Counted from the first letter of the stretch, positions 1 to 9,387 are shown. The stretch is DNA of 32,000 nucleotides from Acinetobacter wanghuae (GCF_009557235.1 NZ_CP045650.1:1770001-1802000); one strand, 5' to 3'. Translations and numbers: made by a program. Notes: generated by a model from the sequence alone, not told the origin.

Positions 1-1
1 T

Positions 2-493
2 CCCGCTTTATTGGCACAAATGTTCTTAGAACGTGGTTATATGGTCTACCGCCCAAGCTTCCGTGGTTCAGGTCAAAGTGAGGGCGTGCATGATGAAGGC
101 TTTGGCGAAACAGAAGATGTCCTTGATGTGATTAAATTTGCGCGCCAATCCCATCCGCATTTACCTTTCTATGCTGGTGGATTTAGCTTTGGTGCACATG
201 TCATGGCAAAAGCTTTTGATAGTTTAGCTGTCGAAATTCGACCAAAACAAATGATTTTATGTGGTCTGCCAACAGCAACAGTTGCGGGTTTACGACACTA
301 TCAAACCCCAGCCCTTCAAGGCGATATCATGTTCTTACATGGTGAGGCAGATGAAATTACATTGTTGTCTGATTTGATTACATGGGCGAAACCGCAGCGT
401 CATATCTTAACCATTCTGCCGGGTGCAAATCATTTCTTTACCGGTTACTTAAAACAAATGCGCTTAGCGATTAGCCGATTCTTAGTCAGTTAA
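2..493 (+). CDS. alpha/beta-fold hydrolase, 5'-truncated by the window edge
   Basis: The frame is open back to base 2; the track start at 11 is a TTG inside that frame. It has a YRPSFRGSGQSEG segment and a nucleophile elbow GFSFG (G-x-S-x-G). A hairpin terminator follows. Confidence 0.75.
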   Translation, partial: PALLAQMFLERGYMVYRPSFRGSGQSEGVHDEGFGETEDVLDVIKFARQSHPHLPFYAGGFSFGAHVMAKAFDSLAVEIRPKQMILCGLPTATVAGLRHYQTPALQGDIMFLHGEADEITLLSDLITWAKPQRHILTILPGANHFFTGYLKQMRLAISRFLVS

Positions 494-511
494 TCCTATA
501 TATGAACCTAT

Positions 512-542
512 AAAAAAGCTCATCTATGGATGAGCTTTTTTT
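512..542. terminator. bidirectional rho-independent terminator
   Basis: Perfect 8-bp stem AGCTCATC/GATGAGCT (517-524/529-536) with a 4-nt loop, flanked by A6 and T6-7. It lies between convergent genes. Confidence 0.8.
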
Positions 543-546
543 AAAC

Positions 547-915
547 TCATACCGTTTTCCACTCAAAATCGCTAAATAACTCATCTTCTTTTAGTGTATT
601 TTCAACCGCTTGAGCCAACTGATTTAAAAGACTTTGCTCTGTAATACGATCTAACCAATCTTGTTCTTCTTCAGGATACGATGAAATCTCGCAAATTAAA
701 TGCCCCTGTTCATCACGTGTTTCACAACGAATAGAGAGTGGCAAGGTATACTCTTCTACACTAATCGCGATATGTGCGCCACTTTGTGGAAGGGTCTTAA
801 AACCATATTTGGCTAAATCATGTGCCAATAAATTTGTAACATAATCTTGGGTTTGCTTCTCGGCTTGAATATTGTTTTGATTATCATTATTCACCATGAA
901 TTTTAATTTTCTCAT
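547..915 (-). CDS. hypothetical acidic cytoplasmic protein (122 aa)
   Basis: The track ORF starts at a GTG at 930, but GGAGG sits 8 nt upstream of the ATG at 915 (MRKLKF...), so I trim the start. No signal peptide or TM segment, an acidic C-terminal half, and no motif I recognise. Confidence 0.6.
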   Translation of the reverse strand: MRKLKFMVNNDNQNNIQAEKQTQDYVTNLLAHDLAKYGFKTLPQSGAHIAISVEEYTLPLSIRCETRDEQGHLICEISSYPEEEQDWLDRITEQSLLNQLAQAVENTLKEDELFSDFEWKTV

Positions 916-961
916 TCTCGATCCCTCCACTTTTTATATTAACCGCGCGTATAAAGTACTA

Positions 962-992
962 TAAACAAAACAGCCAAGCAAAAGCTTGGCTG
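962..992 (-). terminator. rho-independent terminator after tyrA/aroA
   Basis: 9-bp stem CAGCCAAGC/GCTTGGCTG (971-979/984-992) with a 4-nt loop. On the minus strand it is followed by TTTTGTTT. Confidence 0.75.
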
Positions 993-1010
993 TTTGTTGT
1001 CTTTTTACAA

Positions 1011-3257
1011 TTATTCAGTCACTTGAATATCAAGGCCAGCACGTGCGGTCAGCTCTGTAAAGGTTGGGAAACTGGTTGCCACTGTTTCAGTACCAACAAT
1101 GCGAATTTCTTCAGAATTACGTAAACCTGCAATTGAGAAACTCATAGCAATACGGTGGTCGTGATGCGATTCAATTTCACCACCAGTAAAGATTGGACCC
1201 CACTCACCTGCTTTGCCTTTACCTTCAATAATGATGCCATCATCGGTTGGCGTGCAGTCGATGCCCATGGTTTTTAGACCATCGGCCATTACTTGAATAC
1301 GGTCAGATTCTTTCACTCGAAGTTCTGCCGCACCAGTTAAAATCGTTTGACCTTCTGCACATGCAGCTGCAATAAATAAAGCTGGGAATTCATCAATCGC
1401 AAGCGGCACTTGATCTTCAGGCATATGAATACCTTTGAGCGTACGTGAACCTTTAATGCGAATATCAGCAATCGGTTCGCCACCTGCAATACGTTCATTT
1501 TTAACAGTCAAGTCAGCGCCCATCTGTTTTAAAATCTCAATCACACCTGTGCGCGTTGGATTGATGCCCACCGCTTCTAAGGTAACATCTGCATTTTCAG
1601 TGATTGCTGCTGCAACCATAAAGAATGCTGCAGAAGAAATATCAGAAGGCACTTGAATATTAGTACCGACTAACTTACCACCGCCGTGCAATGAGATTCG
1701 ATTACCTTCTGTTTTCACCTCATAACCAAATGCACGCAGCATGCGTTCAGAGTGATCACGTGTAGGCTCAGGCTCAGTCACCACGGTTTCACCTTCAGCC
1801 CACAGACCTGCCAGTAAAATCCCTGATTTCACTTGGGCAGATGCCATCGGTAGATCGTAATGAATTCCTTTAAGTTGGGCATTCCCAGTAATGGAGACTG
1901 GAGGTGTACCACGTTCGCCCGTAGTTTGGATTTGCGCACCCATGTCACGCAGTGGTTTGGCAATACGCTCCATTGGACGTTTAGACAGTGACGCATCACC
2001 TGTCATCACAGAATCAAATTTTTGCGCAGACAACATGCCTGACAACAAACGCATTGATGTACCTGAATTACCCATGTACAGCGCAGTTTTTGGCGCTTTA
2101 AGACCATGCATGCCCACACCATGAATGGTCACTTCACCATTTTTGGGTCCTTCAATGCTCACGCCCATATCACGGAAGGCTTGTAAGGTTGCTAAAGCAT
2201 CTTCACCTTCAAGAAAACCGGTGACATGCGTTGTACCTTCCGCAATTGCACCAAACATGATTGAGCGATGTGACACAGATTTATCACCCGGTACAGTAAA
2301 CTTACCTTGGAAATTCTTAGCACCCGGTAAAATCGTAAATTGCTGAGTCACTTTGTTTTTCTCCATCAACGGTTTCTTCGCCAACATATGATTAAAATGC
2401 TGACGCGCGGCTTGCGCATGTCCTAACAAGCCCATTAAAGCTTGTGAATCTTCATTTTCAATCAGTTTACGAATAACAGCCAATTGCTGTTCAAATCCAT
2501 CTACTGCATTGAGTATCGCTTTTTTATTGGCAAAAAAGATGTCATGCCACATTTGTGGATCACTGGCAGCAATGCGAGAAAAGTCTCGGAAGCCACCTGC
2601 GGCATAACGAAATATATCGAGGTTATCTTCTCGGTTTGCCAGTTGCTCGACTAAGTTAAACGCCATCAAGTGCGGAAGATGACTGGTATGTGCAAGCACT
2701 TCATCATGCTTATCGACATCCATACAAATCACTTCCGCTTTAGCGGCTTGCCACAGTTGAATCAGTTTTTCGACTGCCCAATCGGCACTGGTTGCGAGCG
2801 GTGTCAAAATAACTTTGTGATTGGCAAATAAATCGACTTTTCCTGCATGCACACCTGTCAGTTCAGCACCTGCAATCGGATGACCCGGCACAAAACCCGC
2901 AGGTAAGACATCACCAAAGACTGTTTTCGCAGCAGCAACGACATTACCTTTGGTACTTCCTACATCCGTAATGATTACATTTTCAGCCAAATAGGGTTGA
3001 ATTTGTGCCAAGACTTTCTGCGTCGCTTGCACCGGTAATGCCAATACGATCAAGTCTGCACCTTGCACAGCATCAATCGGACTTGGGTAACCTTCCGAAA
3101 TTAATCCCAAGGCTTTGGCATCATCCAAGGTTTTTTGCGAACGTGTGGATGCAACAATCTTAACTGCCAAATTTTCAGCAATGATGACACGAGCCAAACT
3201 CGAACCAATCAGTCCAAGTCCAATAAAAGCAACTTTTTCAAACAGTGGCGCTAACAT
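1011..3257 (-). CDS. aroA: bifunctional prephenate (cyclohexadienyl) dehydrogenase / 3-phosphoshikimate 1-carboxyvinyltransferase (TyrA-AroA fusion)
   Basis: The N-terminal ~290 aa carry a Rossmann motif (IGLGLIGSS) and a TyrA-like HDxxxAxxSHLPH segment. The C-terminal ~440 aa carry EPSP synthase motifs LGNSGTSMRLL, KESDR and DHRIAMSF. Confidence 0.95.
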   Translation of the reverse strand: MLAPLFEKVAFIGLGLIGSSLARVIIAENLAVKIVASTRSQKTLDDAKALGLISEGYPSPIDAVQGADLIVLALPVQATQKVLAQIQPYLAENVIITDVGSTKGNVVAAAKTVFGDVLPAGFVPGHPIAGAELTGVHAGKVDLFANHKVILTPLATSADWAVEKLIQLWQAAKAEVICMDVDKHDEVLAHTSHLPHLMAFNLVEQLANREDNLDIFRYAAGGFRDFSRIAASDPQMWHDIFFANKKAILNAVDGFEQQLAVIRKLIENEDSQALMGLLGHAQAARQHFNHMLAKKPLMEKNKVTQQFTILPGAKNFQGKFTVPGDKSVSHRSIMFGAIAEGTTHVTGFLEGEDALATLQAFRDMGVSIEGPKNGEVTIHGVGMHGLKAPKTALYMGNSGTSMRLLSGMLSAQKFDSVMTGDASLSKRPMERIAKPLRDMGAQIQTTGERGTPPVSITGNAQLKGIHYDLPMASAQVKSGILLAGLWAEGETVVTEPEPTRDHSERMLRAFGYEVKTEGNRISLHGGGKLVGTNIQVPSDISSAAFFMVAAAITENADVTLEAVGINPTRTGVIEILKQMGADLTVKNERIAGGEPIADIRIKGSRTLKGIHMPEDQVPLAIDEFPALFIAAACAEGQTILTGAAELRVKESDRIQVMADGLKTMGIDCTPTDDGIIIEGKGKAGEWGPIFTGGEIESHHDHRIAMSFSIAGLRNSEEIRIVGTETVATSFPTFTELTARAGLDIQVTE

Positions 3258-3260
3258 TTT

Positions 3261-4367
3261 TTAAGCTTCTGCCTCTACAGCTTGTGTTGCTAAATTTAAG
3301 ACTTTGCCGAGTGCCGTTAAGAATTTTGCATTTTCAGCTTCAGTACCAATGGATACACGTAGATGGTTGGCAATACCGACAGGACGCACAATAACCCCTT
3401 CTTTGAGTAAGGCATTGAACGTTTGCGCAGGATCGGCTTGAACATCTACCAAGATGAAGTTGGCACGTGACGGCACATAATTCAAACCTAAAGCTTTAAA
3501 GCCTGCTTCAAGTTGTGCCATACCCGCTTTATTCACTTCACGCGACTTTTCGATAAATGCTTCATCTTTGAGCGCGGCAACAGCAGCAACCATCGCTAAA
3601 TGATTAACGTTAAATGGCTGACGAATACGATTTAAAAAATCAGTGACTTCAACCGAAGCCAAGGCGAAACCAACACGTAGTGCCGCCAAACCATAACATT
3701 TAGACAGCGTACGGCTCACAATCAAGTTTGGATATTGGCTTAAGAATTTCAAGCTATTGAAGTTTTCAGGGAAATATTCCACATAAGCTTCATCAAGTAC
3801 CACGATGACATTCGCTGGCACTTTTTGCATGAAGACTTCAAATTCAGCTTCTTCAAACCATGTACCAGTTGGATTGTTCGGGTTAGCAATAAAAATAAGC
3901 TTGGTATTGTCTTGTACTGCTTCTACCATTGCATCTAGGTCATGTGAAAAACCTTTTGCAGGCACTTCAATCGCTTGAGCATCAATGGCTTGAGTCACCA
4001 ATGCATATACCGCAAACGCATGTTGGCTATACACCACAGAGTCATTCGAAGATACAAATGCACGGGCAAACATTTCAAGTAAATCGTTTGAGCCATTCCC
4101 TAATGTGATTTGATCATGATTAAAACCAAATTGGGTTTTAATTTGATCTTTTAAAATAAAGCCACCACCATCGGGATAACGACCAATCTCAGAAATTTCT
4201 GCTGCAACTGCAGCTTTCACTTGATCTGAACAACCTAATGGATTTTCATTGGAAGCAAGCTTCACAATATCGGTAATACCGAGCTCACGTTCAAGTTCAC
4301 TCATCGGTTTACCCGGTTGGTAAGGCTTTAAGTTAGAAATACCTTCATTGGCTGGCACAAACGACAT
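3261..4367 (-). CDS. hisC: histidinol-phosphate / aromatic aminotransferase (class II PLP enzyme)
   Basis: ASNENPLG, NPNNPTG and the PLP-lysine motif SRTLSKCYGLAALRVG. It ends 3 nt before the tyrA/aroA start. Confidence 0.9.
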   Translation of the reverse strand: MSFVPANEGISNLKPYQPGKPMSELERELGITDIVKLASNENPLGCSDQVKAAVAAEISEIGRYPDGGGFILKDQIKTQFGFNHDQITLGNGSNDLLEMFARAFVSSNDSVVYSQHAFAVYALVTQAIDAQAIEVPAKGFSHDLDAMVEAVQDNTKLIFIANPNNPTGTWFEEAEFEVFMQKVPANVIVVLDEAYVEYFPENFNSLKFLSQYPNLIVSRTLSKCYGLAALRVGFALASVEVTDFLNRIRQPFNVNHLAMVAAVAALKDEAFIEKSREVNKAGMAQLEAGFKALGLNYVPSRANFILVDVQADPAQTFNALLKEGVIVRPVGIANHLRVSIGTEAENAKFLTALGKVLNLATQAVEAEA

Positions 4368-4396
4368 TTTATAGTTCCGATTTAACGTGTAAAACA

Positions 4397-4422
4397 GTGA
4401 TCGGCACCCTCGTACCGATCAC
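4397..4422 (-). other. intercistronic hairpin between pheA and hisC (possible weak attenuator or RNA-processing site)
   Basis: 8-bp stem GTGATCGG/CCGATCAC with a 10-nt loop. On the minus strand it is followed only by TGTTTT. Confidence 0.35.
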
Positions 4423-4433
4423 GAATGGCTGAC

Positions 4434-5543
4434 TTAAAGCACAGCCGCAGGATATGAACCCAATACGCGAATTTCTTTTACGAGTGGGCGAATCTCTTCA
4501 ATGGCCGCTTTGACGCGATCTTGTTCAACATGACCTTCTAAATCAATAAAAAAGACATAAGCCCATTTTTCAGGAAGTGCCGGACGTGTTTCAATACTGG
4601 TCAAACTAATATTATGTTTGGCGAACGGTGCCAAAATTTCTAACAATGCACCCGCACGGTCATGTGCCGAAATTAATAACGACGTTTTATCATTACCACT
4701 TTGTGGCACTTTCTCACGACCAATCACCAAGAAACGTGTGGTGTTTTCAGGATTATCTTCGATGTTGCTGTGCATGATCTCAAGATCATAAATGCTTGCT
4801 GCAATTTCTGAGGCAATCGCAGCCGAATGCCATTCGTTGACAATACGGCGTGCTGCTTCTGCATTTGAGCTTAATGCGACACGTTCTACACCTGGATAAT
4901 GTGCATCTAACCATTTTCGACATTGCGCCAAGGTTTGTTGATGGGCATAAATTTGTTTAATACTGTCTTTACGGGTGTTGTCAGATACAAGGAATTGATG
5001 ATGAATCGGTAATTCGACTTCACCAATCACATTTAAGTGTGACGATTTAAAACAATCTAAAGTATGATTCACCACGCCTTCAGAGGAATTTTCAACAGGC
5101 ACTAAGCCATAATGTGCACTACCCGCTTCAACTTCACGGAAGACTTCATCAATTGTTGGTAAAGGACGTACAACCGCATCGTGACCAAACTGTTTAAGAA
5201 CCGCAGAATGGGTATATGTGCCCACAGGACCTAAAAATGCAATACTTTGCGGTGCCTCTAATGCCAAACATGCAGACATAATTTCGCGGAATAAACGCGC
5301 CATAGTGGTGTCTGAAATGGGTCCTTCATTGCGTTGCATAACATTGCGTAAAACTTGTGCCTCACGCTCAGGACGGTAAAACAGTGGATTCTCTTCGGCA
5401 GCAAATTTCGCTTTTGCGACAGCTTCAGCTAAACGTGCACGTCGATTAATGAGTTGTTGAATTTGCTGATCAACAGAATCGATATCTTCACGAATTTTAG
5501 CCAAATCTAGAGAAGTCTTAGTGTTTTGATCGTCGGTGATCAT
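4434..5543 (-). CDS. pheA: bifunctional chorismate mutase / prephenate dehydratase (P-protein)
   Basis: CM helix (LAKIREDIDSVDQQIQQLINRRARLA), PDT domain (IAFLGPVGTYTH, TRFLVIG) and ACT domain (SIETRP). I trimmed the start to the ATG at 5543 (MITDDQ...), which has AAGGG 9 nt upstream. The track's 5' extension to 5612 has no RBS. Confidence 0.92.
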   Translation of the reverse strand: MITDDQNTKTSLDLAKIREDIDSVDQQIQQLINRRARLAEAVAKAKFAAEENPLFYRPEREAQVLRNVMQRNEGPISDTTMARLFREIMSACLALEAPQSIAFLGPVGTYTHSAVLKQFGHDAVVRPLPTIDEVFREVEAGSAHYGLVPVENSSEGVVNHTLDCFKSSHLNVIGEVELPIHHQFLVSDNTRKDSIKQIYAHQQTLAQCRKWLDAHYPGVERVALSSNAEAARRIVNEWHSAAIASEIAASIYDLEIMHSNIEDNPENTTRFLVIGREKVPQSGNDKTSLLISAHDRAGALLEILAPFAKHNISLTSIETRPALPEKWAYVFFIDLEGHVEQDRVKAAIEEIRPLVKEIRVLGSYPAAVL

Positions 5544-6004
5544 TGTTATGTCGCCCTTCATAAATCTTGTCTGTTTCAGTATAACAATAGTGAGTTGGCA
5601 AATGTTACGCAATACGGCATTGGTCGACTCTATCTGTAAAATAGTGTCATGATTTTTTACATCTCAACCCATGACGCAATGTGTTGTAACATTTTCCTGT
5701 GGTATTTCTACCCCGATACATTATCAAATTGTATCGCAAGTACTTCATCTTAACTGATTTTAGCTTAGATGATTTATCATTATTTCTTAATCTTGATAAA
5801 GGTTTTAAGCATAAGAATAATAGTATAAAAATTAATCTATCTTATTTATTCAATAAATCGCTAATGTCATACTTTTCACGTTCTTAAACAGCCACTAGGC
5901 ATTTTTTAAGGTAGAGAAAATACATGCGATATGTATAAGTTAACAATCTATACACAACTCAAAAAATTCAAAACGTTAGCTTAGCTTTAAACGCTAAGTG
6001 AGTC

Positions 6005-6529
6005 ATGGTTATGCCTAAACGTATTGCTGTATTGGTTACCTCTAATTATCAAGATCATGAATATTCTGAGCCTGTAGAAGCTTTCCGTGCAGCACGGCAT
6101 AGTATCTGCAATATTGAATATACTGCGGGCAAAGTGGTACATGGTGCTAAATATCGTTCTGCCGTGACAATTGACCGTAATATTGGACAGGTCAGCATTG
6201 ACGACTTTGATGCTTTACTCATTCCGGGTGGTGAATCTCCTCTTCATTTTTCCCAAGACAGTACCACCTTGAAATTCATCCAAGCTTTTAATCAAGCCAA
6301 TAAAACCATTTTTAGCCTTGATGATGCGTCATTATTGTTGGGTGCAGCAGATGTCTTGAATAATCGTATGATTACCAGTATTCGAGCACATCACCAACAG
6401 CTGACAGATATGGGCGCTAAATATTATGATGCTGAATTAGTGAATGATAATAATCAAATTATCTCTTCGCGTGCACCTGCCGATTTGAAAGTGTTTATTC
6501 ATGAATGCTTGCAAGCCTTACGTAGCTAA
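6005..6529 (+). CDS. DJ-1/PfpI-family protein with substituted catalytic dyad
   Basis: The fold is recognisable along its whole length against PfpI (RIAVLV, DALLIPGGESP, SSRAPADL). The position of the nucleophile motif (A/S)ICHGP reads SLDDAS. The start could also be the ATG at 6011. Confidence 0.8.
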   Translation: MVMPKRIAVLVTSNYQDHEYSEPVEAFRAARHSICNIEYTAGKVVHGAKYRSAVTIDRNIGQVSIDDFDALLIPGGESPLHFSQDSTTLKFIQAFNQANKTIFSLDDASLLLGAADVLNNRMITSIRAHHQQLTDMGAKYYDAELVNDNNQIISSRAPADLKVFIHECLQALRS

Positions 6530-6540
6530 TTCACAGCCGT

Positions 6541-6570
6541 AAAAAAAGAGCCTGAAACAGACTCTCTTTT
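6541..6570. terminator. bidirectional terminator between the DJ-1-like gene and the acyl-CoA dehydrogenase gene
   Basis: A7, then stem GAGCCTG/CAGACTC (one mismatch), then a CTCTTTT tail. The flanking genes are convergent. Confidence 0.6.
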
Positions 6571-6582
6571 ATGATAAAACCT

Positions 6583-7725
6583 TTAGCGACCTAATAGACT
6601 ACGCGCGACAATTTCTTTCATAATTTCATTGGTACCGCCATAAATACGCTGAATACGCGCATCGACAAAGAAACGTGATATTGGATATTCTGTCATATAG
6701 CCATAACCACCAAACAGTTGTAATAATTGATCAGCAACCTTCATTTGCATATCTGTTGAGAAACTTTTTAAAGCTGCTGCCGTTTCCACATCCAATTTAC
6801 CTTGCATATAAAGCTCAAGATTTTGGTTATAGAATGCCGCAGTCGCGAGTTCATCAATCTTCGCTTGTGCTAAAACAAAACGGGTATTTTGGAAATGACC
6901 AATGGCTTGACCAAAAGCCTGACGCTCTTTTACATAAGCCGTAGTGACATCAATTGAACCACGAATTGCACCGAGTGCAGTTGCAGCAATGGCAGTACGT
7001 TCACGTGGTAACTCTTGCATGAGGTAAGCAAAACCTTGTCCTGCTTGACCTAAAAGCTGATCCTTAGGCACTTTGACATTATCAAAGAATAGCTCAGAGG
7101 TATCTTGTGAATGCAATCCAATTTTGTCGAGATTGGTGCCTTTCTTAAAGCCTTCAAGCTGTGTGTCCACCAACATTAAGGACACACCTTTGGCACGTGC
7201 TTGTGGATCTGTTTTCACCGCCAGAACCACTAAGTCTGCATGCTGACCATTGGAAATAAAGGTTTTTGAACCATTTAAAACATAATGATCGTCTTGCAAA
7301 ATGGCACTAGTACGCATGGCTTGTAAGTCAGACCCAGCGCCCGGCTCAGTCATCCCAATCGCACCAACCACTTCACCGCTGACCATTTTCGGTAGCCAAT
7401 ATTGTTTTTGCGCTTCAGAACCAATATGCAAAATATACGGTGCAGCAATATCCGAATGACACGATAAACCAGTAGAAATTGCGCTATAACCTGCACGAGC
7501 CGATTCTTCTACTAACATTAATGAATAATGAGTCGGTACGCCATAACCACCATATTCTTCAGGGACATCCACACATAAGAAGCCATTTTCACCCAGTGCC
7601 GACCATAGTGAACGTGGCACCATGCCTTCGCGTTCCCACTGTTCATAATGCGGAGCAACCTGTTCAGCGAGGAAACGCTTAAAGTTATCTTTGAATAATT
7701 CTAAATCAGCATCATATGCAAGCAT
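6583..7725 (-). CDS. acyl-CoA dehydrogenase
   Basis: 380 aa with GMTEPGAGSD and the C-terminal IYGGTNEIM motif containing the catalytic Glu. Confidence 0.9.
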   Translation of the reverse strand: MLAYDADLELFKDNFKRFLAEQVAPHYEQWEREGMVPRSLWSALGENGFLCVDVPEEYGGYGVPTHYSLMLVEESARAGYSAISTGLSCHSDIAAPYILHIGSEAQKQYWLPKMVSGEVVGAIGMTEPGAGSDLQAMRTSAILQDDHYVLNGSKTFISNGQHADLVVLAVKTDPQARAKGVSLMLVDTQLEGFKKGTNLDKIGLHSQDTSELFFDNVKVPKDQLLGQAGQGFAYLMQELPRERTAIAATALGAIRGSIDVTTAYVKERQAFGQAIGHFQNTRFVLAQAKIDELATAAFYNQNLELYMQGKLDVETAAALKSFSTDMQMKVADQLLQLFGGYGYMTEYPISRFFVDARIQRIYGGTNEIMKEIVARSLLGR

Positions 7726-7833
7726 GTATTATGTCCTTGACCTGTTTGTTGTTATGTCCTATTCACAGGCTAACGAGTTTTGCTTGAACTGTCATGTACT
7801 CAAATTGATTTTTTTGCTAACCCTGAAGTCAAT

Positions 7834-7858
7834 AAAAAAGGAAGCCGAAGCTTCCTTT
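7834..7858 (-). terminator. rho-independent terminator after dctA
   Basis: Stem GGAAGC/GCTTCC (7840-45/7850-55) with loop CGAA. On the minus strand a T6 run follows. Confidence 0.7.
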
Positions 7859-7887
7859 GATTAAAATTGAGTGACTTAAATCGAAAA

Positions 7888-9219
7888 TTAAACTTTTTCT
7901 TCCATTAAGCGGTCAATTTCATCTGGATTTGATAATGCATAATCCAATTTTTGTGTATCTAATTGACCGACCCATTTTGCGACAACCAAAGTTGCCAATG
8001 AGTTACCAATTAAATTGGTCAAAGCACGTGCTTCAGACATGAAACGGTCAATACCAAGAATCAATGCAAGACCCGCAACAGGAATATGTCCAACAGCCGA
8101 CAATGTCGCTGCCATTACAATAAAGCCTGAACCTGTTACACCCGCAGCGCCTTTAGATGAAATCAAAAGTACGAGCAACAATGTGATCTGATGAGAAATA
8201 TCAAGCTGCGTATTGGTCGCTTGTGCAATAAAGATTGCAGCCATGGTCAAGTAAATTGACGTACCATCCAAGTTAAATGAATAACCTGTCGGAATAACAA
8301 GACCGACTACTGATTTCTCTGCACCCGCAATCTCAAGTTTCTTGAGCATACGCGGCAATACTGATTCTGAAGATGATGTACCGAGTACAATCAATAATTC
8401 TTCACGAATTAAACGAATCATTTTGAAAATACTGAAGCCGGCAATACGTGCGATTGAGCCCAATATGATGAAAATGAACAGTAAACAAGTGATATAGAAG
8501 CAGATGATCAATTGACCCAATTGAGCAAGTGAACTAATACCATATTTACCAATCGTGAATGCCATGGCACCAAATGCACCAAGTGGAGCCAGTTTCATGA
8601 TCATATTCACAATGTTAAAGAACACATGTGAAATTTGTTCAACGAATTTTAAAACTGGTTTGCCTTTTTCACCCAATTGATGAAGCGCAAAGCCGAATAG
8701 AATTGCAAATAACAAGACCTGAAGAATTTCACCTTCAGCAAATGCACCGACAACCGTATTCGGAATGATATTCATAAAGAAATCAAGCGTCGATTGTGAT
8801 GCACCAGATTCAACGTATTTTGAAATACTGCCTGCATCAAGCGTTGCTGCATCGACGTTCATGCCTACACCAGGCTTTGCAATATTGATCACGAGTAGAC
8901 CAATCATCAAAGCAATGGTAGATACAATTTCGAAATACAGTAAAGCGATACCACCTGTCTTACCGACAGATTTCATGCTTTCCATACCCGCAATACCACT
9001 CACGACAGTACAGAAAATCACAGGTGCGATGATCATTTTAATTAAACGAATAAAACCATCACCTAAAGGTTTAAGTTGTTCACCTAAACCCGGAACATAT
9101 TGTTCAGCACCATTGATGATTTGCGTACCGCTTGGTGAGAAGTGACCCACGAGGATACCGGCAATAATGGCAACAATCACTTGAAAATAAAGCGACTTAT
9201 AAATTGGTTTTTTAGCCAT
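7888..9219 (-). CDS. dctA: C4-dicarboxylate / amino acid:cation symporter (DAACS family)
   Basis: 443 aa, polytopic, with [11 protein letters not shown] and other DAACS hallmarks. The N-terminus [11 protein letters not shown] is typical of DctA. Confidence 0.9.
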   Translation of the reverse strand: MAKKPIYKSLYFQVIVAIIAGILVGHFSPSGTQIINGAEQYVPGLGEQLKPLGDGFIRLIKMIIAPVIFCTVVSGIAGMESMKSVGKTGGIALLYFEIVSTIALMIGLLVINIAKPGVGMNVDAATLDAGSISKYVESGASQSTLDFFMNIIPNTVVGAFAEGEILQVLLFAILFGFALHQLGEKGKPVLKFVEQISHVFFNIVNMIMKLAPLGAFGAMAFTIGKYGISSLAQLGQLIICFYITCLLFIFIILGSIARIAGFSIFKMIRLIREELLIVLGTSSSESVLPRMLKKLEIAGAEKSVVGLVIPTGYSFNLDGTSIYLTMAAIFIAQATNTQLDISHQITLLLVLLISSKGAAGVTGSGFIVMAATLSAVGHIPVAGLALILGIDRFMSEARALTNLIGNSLATLVVAKWVGQLDTQKLDYALSNPDEIDRLMEEKV

Positions 9220-9368
9220 GACATTACTTCACGATATACTTCTAACAAAAGAAGTAATATTCAGTTTTTGTCTATTTAAAAAATAAACAGCTTAAAGCTC
9301 ACTTGTCGCAGACAAAAGAGCGCCTATGTATCGAGAGAAATCTGATACTAAAAAAATCTATTGTGTAT

Positions 9369-9387
9369 TTGTGATTAAAAATCACAA
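9369..9387. promoter_or_regulatory. 19-bp perfect palindrome, candidate operator about 150 bp upstream of dctA
   Basis: TTGTGATT-AAA-AATCACAA, i.e. TGTGA/TCACA half-sites with a 7-nt spacer (CRP/Vfr consensus has 6). Confidence 0.3.

Noticed and set aside
1435-2346. Three plus-strand ORFs (1435-1656, 1891-2124, 2125-2346) inside the tyrA/aroA gene. Similar antisense ORFs occur elsewhere: 6675-6944, 7479-7682, 8765-9145, 10468-10653, 11530-11712, 12970-13179, 14772-14960, 15371-15586, 17771-18034, 19042-19807, 21780-21986, 22664-22936, 24443-25180, 25095-25298, 25605-25787, 26342-26658, 27100-27318, 29558-29930, 30371-30799, 30977-31183.
   Set aside because: All lie antisense to, or out of frame within, genes with strong family signatures. 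They have no RBS and odd composition (Ser/Pro/Arg/Cys-rich). They are the usual shadow ORFs of a coding strand.
5544-5760. Search for a pheL-like Phe-rich leader peptide or attenuator upstream of pheA, and the track's 23-codon 5' extension of pheA to 5612.
   Set aside because: Minus-strand small ORFs here (for example a 33-codon MKYLRYNL...) contain no Phe run and no alternative hairpins. The extension lacks an RBS, whereas the ATG at 5543 has AAGGG upstream and gives the expected P-protein N-terminus.
5699-5887. 62-aa plus-strand ORF in the pheA / DJ-1 intergenic region.
   Set aside because: It has a GTG start without an RBS, a low-complexity Leu/Lys/Phe/Asn/Ser-rich product of AT-rich DNA, and no terminator or motif. 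The DNA is most likely non-coding promoter sequence.
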